Below, piece after piece: positions 9,103 to 16,859 of a DNA stretch of 64,000 nucleotides. The position numbers and the translations under genes are program-made. Numbering within the stretch: the first letter of the stretch is position 1; each line of letters opens with the position of its first letter. The DNA is taken from assembly GCA_050117845.1 (NCBI GenBank), contig JASFLY010000004.1, forward strand, positions 32,001-96,000, read 5' to 3'. This DNA comes from Candidatus Zixiibacteriota bacterium. Its GTDB lineage: Bacteria > RBG-13-66-14 > B26-G2 > WVWN01. The notes beneath the pieces were generated by a model, which saw only the letters and a program-made list of their open reading frames with translations, was not told where the DNA came from and searched no databases.

Positions 9103-11628
9103 ATGAGGCAGGGAATACTCACGGCCGCTTTGACCGCGTCCCTCGCGACGGCGGCCTTAGGCTTGCCCGGCGACCTCGTCGTCTTATCGGATACGGAGAT
9201 AAGGCCGAACGAGGCGGCGGGCCTTTTTTATTTAGGACAGGGCGGCGGCGGGTACCTGTACAACGGCTCGGCCGCGGCTCTCGGGGCCGTGTCGCCCTAC
9301 CGCATCCTTGACCGCGACGCCGAGGCCAGGGACTACTACGTCGTGTGGGCGCCGGAAGGGGTTGACCTCCGGCCGGAGGCCTTCGCGTACCTCGGCGCGG
9401 CGGTCCGCCTCTCTGATTACGAAATACTCGTGGGGCTGGAGCGCGGCCTGGGCGCCGGGGCCATCCGCGCCGTCGAACGTCGCGTCGAGTTGTACAAGCT
9501 CGCGCCCGTGACGCCGGTGGACTTCAAGGTCGACGCCGAGGAACCGCCGGCGGAGAAGGACCCCCGCATCGAGGCCGCGGTCAATACCCTGACCGCCGAC
9601 GAGTACGCGGGGTATATCCGGACGCTCCAGAGTTTCCGGACGCGTTATTCGAACACGACGGGTTGTGACGCGGCCAGCTATTACTTAAGGAATTTTTTCG
9701 CGTTGCAGAACCTGGACGCATCCTTATTCGAGTTCGCGTGCGTCGGATTCGAAGACTGCTACTACCCCGAAGCCGGGAAGAATATCTACGTCGTGACAAA
9801 ACCCTGGGCGTTAACGCGCTCTCGCGACTCGGGTGGAACGTGGGAAACCATAAACCCCGGGTGCTTGAGTTATATTGACCGATTATCCTGGGTTAACGCC
9901 GACGAAGGGTTCGCCATCGGCGCCGGTAATGTGCTGGCTATAACCGCGGACGGCGGCGACACGTGGGAAAAATTGGAAGTAGCGTATAGCGGGGGCGGGA
10001 GGGAGTATCACTGGAGGGATGTATGCTTCGTTTCCGCCGATGAAGGGTGGCTGGCGGGTATATCACTCCGTTTGCCGGAATATTCCGACCCGCGGCCCGA
10101 ACTGGTCCGGACGACGGACGGGGGGAGGACCTGGCGCGCCTCCGCGCCGGCGGAAGAGGCCGACATCTATACCATCCGCTTTTACGATTCCGACCACGGT
10201 TGGGCCGCCGAGTTCAAGGCGCCGACCAGCCCGGGAAAGATCTTTTATACCGACGACGCCGGCGAGACGTGGCGGGAGTGCACCCGGCCGGCGGCGGATA
10301 CGTCGGTTTGGGACCTGGCGGCGGTGGGGCAGGCCGAGGCCTGGGCGGCGGATTCGACGAATGACCTCCTGCACACTACCGACGGCGTAACGTGGGAGTA
10401 CGTGGCCACGGGGGCGACCGGCGGTTTGCGCCAGGTAGAATTCCCCGACCGCCTACACGGGTACGCCCTACACGCGACGTTGGTTGCTACGGCCGACGGC
10501 GGTGATACGTGGCGGACGGCAACCGCTTTACCCGAAACCTATTATTCGGCGTTGGCGTTCGCGGACAAGGACCACGGCGTTATCGGTGATCCGGAAGGGG
10601 AGTACCTCCTCCGGACTGACGACGGCGCGCAAAGTTTCGAAGATATTAAAGGCGATATGGACTTGAGTTGCGAGAACGTCGTCGGCGAGCGGCGGGGGAC
10701 CGAGAGGCCGGACGAGGTAGTAATAATCGGCGGCCATTACGATTCGATATCGGGCTTCCCCCTGGACCTCGCGCCCGGGGCGGAGGACAACGCCTCCGGA
10801 ACGGCGTGCGCCATGGCCGCGGCCCGGGCCTTCCGCAACGTCAGCTTCGAGCGGACCATACGCTTTATGGCCTTCGGCGACGAGGAGAACGGCTGCAACG
10901 GCAGTTATGCCTACGCGGCCGAGTGCGCCGGGAAAGGCGAGAACGTCGTCGCGGTCCTGAACGCCGATATGGTTTCGTACGACGAGGAGGGGGGAGAAAG
11001 GGACGACTTATCGGTGGCTTGTAGCGCCGATGTGTGGTTGTACGAATACCTCGTACGAACGGGAGCGTTATACGGAAACGGCCTTATATACGATAATTAC
11101 GAGTGGGGTGCCAGCGATCACCGTCGTTTTTGGGATTTTAGGTATCCGGCTTTGGGAGTTATAGAAGGTTCGGAAGGGCAAGGCGGCGTGTCGAGGTACC
11201 CGTACGTTCACACGACCGAAGATACGTTCGATAAAGTGGACCCGGCGTTCGGCGTCCGTTGCGCCCGCGACCTGGCGGCCATGCTGGCCCATCTGGCGGG
11301 TGTGGCCGGGACCTTCCCCGACCCGCCGGGCCCCGGCCACGGGACCGTCCCCTTCGCCCGACCCTTCGCCGTATACCCGAATCCGTACTGCTATGCTTCG
11401 ACGACCTCGACGGGCGTGACTTTCGTGGGGCTCAAGACTCCCGCGAAGGTGGAGGTATACGATCTGGCGGGCCGGCGCGTGGCCCGCTGGGGCGTGGCCG
11501 CCGGGACCGACGAGTGCGCGTGGTGCCCCGCGGGTTCGGGCGAGGGCGCCCTCGCCCCGGGCGTTTACGTCTACCGCGTCGAGGGCGTGGAGCAAGAGAA
11601 AAGCGGGAAAATCGTTATCGCGAGATAG
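9103..11628 (+). CDS. Secreted M28-family peptidase #3 (type A) with propeller insert and T9SS-like CTD
   Basis: Start moved to ATG 9103 (SD AAGGAGGT 9087-9094). GGHYDS, GAEDNASG, GDEENG, NADM, SDH, YVHTTED; Asp-boxes; CTD. Confidence 0.85.
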   Translation: MRQGILTAALTASLATAALGLPGDLVVLSDTEIRPNEAAGLFYLGQGGGGYLYNGSAAALGAVSPYRILDRDAEARDYYVVWAPEGVDLRPEAFAYLGAAVRLSDYEILVGLERGLGAGAIRAVERRVELYKLAPVTPVDFKVDAEEPPAEKDPRIEAAVNTLTADEYAGYIRTLQSFRTRYSNTTGCDAASYYLRNFFALQNLDASLFEFACVGFEDCYYPEAGKNIYVVTKPWALTRSRDSGGTWETINPGCLSYIDRLSWVNADEGFAIGAGNVLAITADGGDTWEKLEVAYSGGGREYHWRDVCFVSADEGWLAGISLRLPEYSDPRPELVRTTDGGRTWRASAPAEEADIYTIRFYDSDHGWAAEFKAPTSPGKIFYTDDAGETWRECTRPAADTSVWDLAAVGQAEAWAADSTNDLLHTTDGVTWEYVATGATGGLRQVEFPDRLHGYALHATLVATADGGDTWRTATALPETYYSALAFADKDHGVIGDPEGEYLLRTDDGAQSFEDIKGDMDLSCENVVGERRGTERPDEVVIIGGHYDSISGFPLDLAPGAEDNASGTACAMAAARAFRNVSFERTIRFMAFGDEENGCNGSYAYAAECAGKGENVVAVLNADMVSYDEEGGERDDLSVACSADVWLYEYLVRTGALYGNGLIYDNYEWGASDHRRFWDFRYPALGVIEGSEGQGGVSRYPYVHTTEDTFDKVDPAFGVRCARDLAAMLAHLAGVAGTFPDPPGPGHGTVPFARPFAVYPNPYCYASTTSTGVTFVGLKTPAKVEVYDLAGRRVARWGVAAGTDECAWCPAGSGEGALAPGVYVYRVEGVEQEKSGKIVIAR

Positions 11629-11655
11629 CGTTTATATAAAGAATAAGGAGAGGAT

Positions 11656-14199
11656 ATGAATAGGATAATTATCGCCGCGGCGGCGATAGCTACCGCCGCC
11701 GTTTCGGCTTACGCTTTATCCGGCGACCTCGTCGTCCTGTCCGACAAAGAAGTCCAGCCGAACGACGCCGCCGGCCTGTACTACCTCGGCGCCTGTTCGG
11801 CGGGTTATTTGTACAACGGCTCCGCGGCCACCCTCGGGGCGGCTTCCCCCTATCGGGTGCTGGGCGAAGGCGCCCGGGGCAAACACTATTTCCTCATATC
11901 TCTACCGAACCGGTCGACGTTGACGCGGGCCGATATGGAAACCGTCGGCCTGGTACAGCCCCTCGCCGACGACTACCTCCTGGCTGTCGCGGACCCCGGG
12001 GCCGTCGGCCTGCTACTCGCGTTGGAGCCAGGGCTGCGCGTCCGGGAACTCCGGCCCACGGCGCGGATGGATTGGAAGGTCGACGCCGAGGAGCCCCCGA
12101 CCCGGAAGAACGCCACCGTCGAGGCCGCCGTCAACTCCATTACGGCGGAGGAGTACGCCGGATACATCGCCAAACTCCAGTCCTACGGGACGCGCTATTC
12201 CTTTACGCCGCAGTTAGAGGGCGCCCGGAACTGGCTCCGCAATTGGTACGCGGCGCAGAATCTGAACGCCGACTGGCACGCCTTCGAGTGTGGCCGCTAC
12301 CGTAAGGCCCATTACCCCGAGGCCGGCGGCAACGTCTACCTGGACGATTACCATTGCATGGTCCGCCGCTCCTCGGACGGCGGCGCCACCTGGGATATCC
12401 TCCGCCCGAGATACGGGACCGCCGGTTGGTATTATAACGCGCCGTCGTGTTGGTGGTTCGACAACGACAACGGCATATTCGCCGGCGTCGACAGTTACGT
12501 CGGCCTCACGGCGGACGCCGGCGACTCCTGGCGGTTCGTCCAATATGACGTTCCCCCGGCCGAGGGTTACATACTGCTCCGCGGCCTGGCGTTCCCTGCG
12601 CCCGATACGGGGTGGATAAGCTACTCGAAAAACGTACGGGTCGGCCCCGGTTCCTATGAAGTAACTTATTTCTTGAAGAAAACGGAGGACGGCGGCCGGA
12701 GTTGGCGCGAGGCGGAATGGGATATTCCGGCTTTTACGCGCCTGACTTCATACGACGCACGACGGATATGGGTCTTTTATAATGCCGTCGGGAGCGCGAC
12801 GCCGCGTGGTTTTTATTCCGCTGACGGCGGCGAGAACTGGACGGAATACGTCGTTACCATGGGATACTCCGAGTACTTCTACGACGCCGCGGCGGTAGGG
12901 CCGCGGGAGGCCTGGGGCGTTACCACCGAAGGCCGGGTCTTCCACACAACGAACGGCGCGGATTGGCAGGAGGTGGATACCGGGTACGCCGGGACCTTCC
13001 TACAGGTGGAGTTCCCGACGCCGACGACGGGCTACGTCGCCGGTACTCCCGTACTCAAGACCGAGGACGGCGGCGAGACCTGGACCCGCGTCAACGGCTT
13101 ACCCGATTTCGAGTGTCGCAATATGTCCTTCGCCGACGGCCGGCACGGCCTTGTCTCCGACTACTACGGCGACGACGTCTATCTCACGGACGACGGCGGG
13201 GAGACCTGGACCGACGTATCGCCGGGCCTCAACGCCCCGGAGTACAACGTCGTCGCGGAACGCCGGGGAACCGAGCGGCCCGACGAAATCGTAATAATCG
13301 GCGGCCACCACGATTCCATCTCCGACGCCCGGCCCTGGGACTGCCCCGGCGCGGAGGACAACGCTTCCGGGGCGGCGGTCGCGATGGCGGCGGCGCGGGC
13401 CTTCCGCAACGTCAACTTCAAGCGGACCGTGCGCTTCATGGGCTTCGGCGACGAGGAGGCTTACCTCCTCGGCAGCGAGGCCTACGCCAACGAGTGCGCC
13501 GAGAAGGGCGAAAACATAGTCGCCGTCCTGAACGCCGACATGGTTAGTTACGACGAGGAGAACGGCGCCCGCGACGACCTGATGGTCGGGGCTCCGAACG
13601 ACGCGGCGTGGCTGGTCGAGTATCTTAACGCCGTCGCCGGCCTCTACGGACAGAACCTTATCTACGACTGGGACGCCGATTGGGTCAGCGACGACTGGTC
13701 GTTCATCAACGCCGGTTATCCGGCGATTGGAGTCATCGAGGGCGACGTCGGCGAGGGCGGAGGCCAGGAATATCCCTGGTACCACACCACCGAGGATACG
13801 CTGGACAAGATCCAGCCCGAGTTCGGCGCCCGGTGCGCCCGCGACCTGGCGGCCATGGCGGCCCACCTGGCGGGCGTGGCCGGGACTTTCCCGGACCCGC
13901 CGGGCCCCGGCGGGGCCGCGGTCCCCTTCGCCCGGGCCTTCGCCGTCTACCCCAACCCGTATTGCTACGCGTCGGCCGACTCGGCCGTGGCCTTCGTGGG
14001 TCTCAAGACGCCGGCGCAGGTGGAGATATACGACCTGGCGGGCCGCCGCGTGGCCCGGTGGGACGTGGCCGCCGGGACCGACGAGTATTCGTGGCGGCCG
14101 GCGACGGCCGGCGGCGGGGCCCTCGCGGCCGGCGTCTACCTCTACCACGTATCGGGCGAGGGTCAGGAGGAAACGGGTAAAATCGCGATATTGAAGTAG
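11656..14199 (+). CDS. Secreted M28-family peptidase #4 (type B) with propeller insert and T9SS-like CTD
   Basis: GGHHDS, GAEDNASG, GDEEAY, NADM, SDDW, WYHTTED; Asp-boxes; CTD. Confidence 0.85.
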   Translation: MNRIIIAAAAIATAAVSAYALSGDLVVLSDKEVQPNDAAGLYYLGACSAGYLYNGSAATLGAASPYRVLGEGARGKHYFLISLPNRSTLTRADMETVGLVQPLADDYLLAVADPGAVGLLLALEPGLRVRELRPTARMDWKVDAEEPPTRKNATVEAAVNSITAEEYAGYIAKLQSYGTRYSFTPQLEGARNWLRNWYAAQNLNADWHAFECGRYRKAHYPEAGGNVYLDDYHCMVRRSSDGGATWDILRPRYGTAGWYYNAPSCWWFDNDNGIFAGVDSYVGLTADAGDSWRFVQYDVPPAEGYILLRGLAFPAPDTGWISYSKNVRVGPGSYEVTYFLKKTEDGGRSWREAEWDIPAFTRLTSYDARRIWVFYNAVGSATPRGFYSADGGENWTEYVVTMGYSEYFYDAAAVGPREAWGVTTEGRVFHTTNGADWQEVDTGYAGTFLQVEFPTPTTGYVAGTPVLKTEDGGETWTRVNGLPDFECRNMSFADGRHGLVSDYYGDDVYLTDDGGETWTDVSPGLNAPEYNVVAERRGTERPDEIVIIGGHHDSISDARPWDCPGAEDNASGAAVAMAAARAFRNVNFKRTVRFMGFGDEEAYLLGSEAYANECAEKGENIVAVLNADMVSYDEENGARDDLMVGAPNDAAWLVEYLNAVAGLYGQNLIYDWDADWVSDDWSFINAGYPAIGVIEGDVGEGGGQEYPWYHTTEDTLDKIQPEFGARCARDLAAMAAHLAGVAGTFPDPPGPGGAAVPFARAFAVYPNPYCYASADSAVAFVGLKTPAQVEIYDLAGRRVARWDVAAGTDEYSWRPATAGGGALAAGVYLYHVSGEGQEETGKIAILK

Positions 14200-14268
14200 A
14201 CGACGTGGCGCTTTTCCCGATGAGTTTAACGAGGGCCGTCCCCGCGGGCGGCCCTTATGCATCGGGTC

Positions 14269-14298
14269 TTGACGGGGCCCTTTTATTGGGGTTAAAAT
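14269..14298 (+). promoter_or_regulatory. Putative sigma70-type promoter of M28 #5-#6
   Basis: TTGACG-18 nt-TAAAAT. Confidence 0.5.
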
Positions 14299-14321
14299 AT
14301 GTACGAAGGAGGTCGGATGTC

Positions 14322-16835
14322 TTGAGAAGGGGAATACTCTCGGCCGCCGTGATCGCGTCCCTCGCGACGGCGGCGTTAGCTTTACCCGGCGACCTCGTGG
14401 TTTTATCCGAAAGAGAGATAAGGCCGAGCGAGGCGGCGGGGTTATATTACCTCGGCGTCTGTTCGGCGGGTTATTTGTACAGCGGCTCCGCGGCGGCGCT
14501 GGGGGCCGTGTCGCCGTATAGCATCCTGGAACGGGACGCCGAGCTAAAAGATTACTACGTCGTGTGGGCGCCGGAATGGGTGGGCGTTACGCCGGAGGCC
14601 TTCGCGCCTCTTGGAACGGCGGTACGCCTCTCGGATGACGAAATACTCGTGGGGCTGGAGCGGGGCCCGGGCGCCGGGGCCATCCGCGCCGTCGAGCATC
14701 GCGTCGAACTCCGCCACCTTACGCCGATAACGCCGATAGATTTTGAAATCGACGCCGAGGAGCCGCCGACCGAGAAGGACCCCCGGGTCGAGGCCGCGGT
14801 TAACACCATAACGGCGGAGGAGTACGCAGGGTATATTCGCACGTTGCAGGATTTCGGGACGCGCTATACTGACTTGAAAGGTTTCGAATACGCCCGGGAT
14901 TACCTGAAGGCGTTTTTTAGGACGCAAAACCTCTACGTGTCGGCGTTCCCGTTCGAGTACAATACTTTTAGGGACGTTACGTACGCGGCGCCTTCGGGTA
15001 AAATTTACGCGTTGACGTTCGCGGTCACCGTGCACCGTTCGGCCGACGGCGGCGGGAATTGGGACGTGGTAGCGCCGGACGGCGTTATTAACGCGATGGA
15101 TTTCTTTTGGGTGGACGGCGAAATAGGCTTCGTGGCCGGGCATTATAATAACAATTTATCGAAGACGCGGGACGGCGGTCAAAGCTGGGAAACGGTGGAA
15201 ATTTACGCCGGCGTTCCTAATCAAGTGTATTACGTTTCCGACATGCATTTCCCGAACGCGGATTCGGGTTGGCTCGCCGGTTACGTCGCGAAGACGGGCC
15301 AACAAGGTATGCGGGGTTATATAATGAAAACCGATGACGGCGGCGCGAATTGGGTAGAGCAACCCCTACCTACCGAGGCCGTGATCACGTCCCTGGATTT
15401 TTACGACGGCCTGCACGGTTGGGCCGGGGGCAAGGACGGTGGTATCGTATACACCGACAACGGCGGCTCGACCTGGTACGAGGCGAGTTCGCCGCCGGCG
15501 GCCGAGATTAAGGATATCGCGGCGATAGGTGTGCGCGAAGCGTGGGCCGCCACGGACGCGGGAGAGTTGTTGCATACGGCGGACGGCGTGACCTGGATTA
15601 AGGTCGACCCCGGCGTAGAAGGTTATTTTTATCAGGTCGAGTTCCCTACGTCCCGTAACGGTTACGCTGGCGGCAACAAGTTAATGATTACCCGGGACCG
15701 CGGGGAAACGTGGCGGGAAATCGACGGCGCGCCGGAGATGACCTACGACTTCATCTCTTTCGCGGGTGAAAACGACGGCGTATTCGCGGACGAGACGGCG
15801 GATAATATATTCGTAACCGACGACGGCGGCGGGAGTTTCGCCGATATCCGGAGTAATATGCGGTTGCACTCGGAGAACGTAATCGGCGAATCACCGGGGA
15901 CGATTTCGCCGGACGAAATCGTCGTTATCGGCGGCCATTTCGATTCGCTCGCGATCCCCGGCATATCCCAAGCGCCCGGGGCTGACGATAACGCTTCCGG
16001 TACGGCGTGCGTTATGGCCGCGGCTCGCGCTTTAAAGGATTACAAGTTCGAGAGGACGATCCGGTACGTTACTTTCGGCGCCGAGGAACTCGGCCTAAAA
16101 GGTAGTGTCGCGTACGCGGACTATTGCGCGGAACGCGGAGAGAATATCGTAGCGGTCCTCAACGCCGATATGGTTTCCTACGACGAGGAGAACGGCGGCC
16201 GGGACGACCTGACGGTCGGCGCTCCCGACGACGACGCATGGCTGGTCGAATACCTGGGCGCCGTCGGCGGCCTCTACGGCCAGAATCTTATCTACGACTG
16301 GGACGGCACAGGGGTCAGCGACGACTGGCCGTTCGCCGACGTCGGCTATCCCGCGCTGGGCGTTATCGAGGGCGAAGTCGGCGAGGGTGGAAGCCAGGGG
16401 TACCCCTGGTACCACACGACCGAGGATACGCTGGACAAGATTCAGCCCGAGTTCGGCGCTCGGTGCGCCCGCGACCTCGCTGCGACGGTAGCCCACCTCG
16501 CTGGCGTCAGCGATACCCTCTTCGAACCCACTCCCCCGGGTCACGAGGCCGTGGGGCCCTTCGCCCGGGCTTTCGCCGTCTACCCGAACCCCTACTGCTA
16601 TGCGTCCACGGCCTCCGCGGGCGTGACCTTCGTCGGCCTCAAGACTCCCGCGAAGGTGGAGGTATACGATCTGGCGGGCCGGCGCGTGGCCCGCTGGGAC
16701 GTGGCCGCCGGGACCGACGAGTGCGCGTGGTGCCCCGCGGGTTCGGGCGAGGGAGCCCTCGCCCCGGGCGTTTACGTCTACCGCGTCGAGGGCGTGGAGC
16801 AGGAGAAAAGCGGGAAAATCGTTATCGCGAGGTAG
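14322..16835 (+). CDS. Secreted M28-family peptidase #5 (type A') with propeller insert and T9SS-like CTD
   Basis: Start moved to TTG 14322, positionally equivalent to ATG 9103 and following SD AAGGAGGT. GGHFDS, GADDNASG, GAEELG, NADM, SDDW, WYHTTED. Confidence 0.85.
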   Translation: MRRGILSAAVIASLATAALALPGDLVVLSEREIRPSEAAGLYYLGVCSAGYLYSGSAAALGAVSPYSILERDAELKDYYVVWAPEWVGVTPEAFAPLGTAVRLSDDEILVGLERGPGAGAIRAVEHRVELRHLTPITPIDFEIDAEEPPTEKDPRVEAAVNTITAEEYAGYIRTLQDFGTRYTDLKGFEYARDYLKAFFRTQNLYVSAFPFEYNTFRDVTYAAPSGKIYALTFAVTVHRSADGGGNWDVVAPDGVINAMDFFWVDGEIGFVAGHYNNNLSKTRDGGQSWETVEIYAGVPNQVYYVSDMHFPNADSGWLAGYVAKTGQQGMRGYIMKTDDGGANWVEQPLPTEAVITSLDFYDGLHGWAGGKDGGIVYTDNGGSTWYEASSPPAAEIKDIAAIGVREAWAATDAGELLHTADGVTWIKVDPGVEGYFYQVEFPTSRNGYAGGNKLMITRDRGETWREIDGAPEMTYDFISFAGENDGVFADETADNIFVTDDGGGSFADIRSNMRLHSENVIGESPGTISPDEIVVIGGHFDSLAIPGISQAPGADDNASGTACVMAAARALKDYKFERTIRYVTFGAEELGLKGSVAYADYCAERGENIVAVLNADMVSYDEENGGRDDLTVGAPDDDAWLVEYLGAVGGLYGQNLIYDWDGTGVSDDWPFADVGYPALGVIEGEVGEGGSQGYPWYHTTEDTLDKIQPEFGARCARDLAATVAHLAGVSDTLFEPTPPGHEAVGPFARAFAVYPNPYCYASTASAGVTFVGLKTPAKVEVYDLAGRRVARWDVAAGTDECAWCPAGSGEGALAPGVYVYRVEGVEQEKSGKIVIAR

Positions 16836-16859
16836 CGTTTAAATATTCAAGGAGAGGAT

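Larger units (their letters stand above)
9016..14199 (+). repeat. Copy 1 of a ~5.2 kb diverged tandem duplication (hairpin-promoter-geneA-geneB)
   Basis: Same order of elements as 14232-19403. 11431-11634 matches 16638-16841 (4 mismatches in 204 nt by eye) and 14026-14186 matches 19230-19390 (3 in 161 nt). Confidence 0.8.

Noticed and set aside
9740..10665. Inserts in the M28 domains as inteins or mobile elements
   Set aside because: No C-terminal His-Asn splice motif, endonuclease motif or terminal repeats; the content is Asp-box propeller repeats.
14205..14321. N-terminal extensions of track ORFs at 14205, 22839, 27200, 49415 and 50433
   Set aside because: They run across promoters, hairpins or neighbouring genes; downstream starts fit SDs, signal peptides or family N-termini better.
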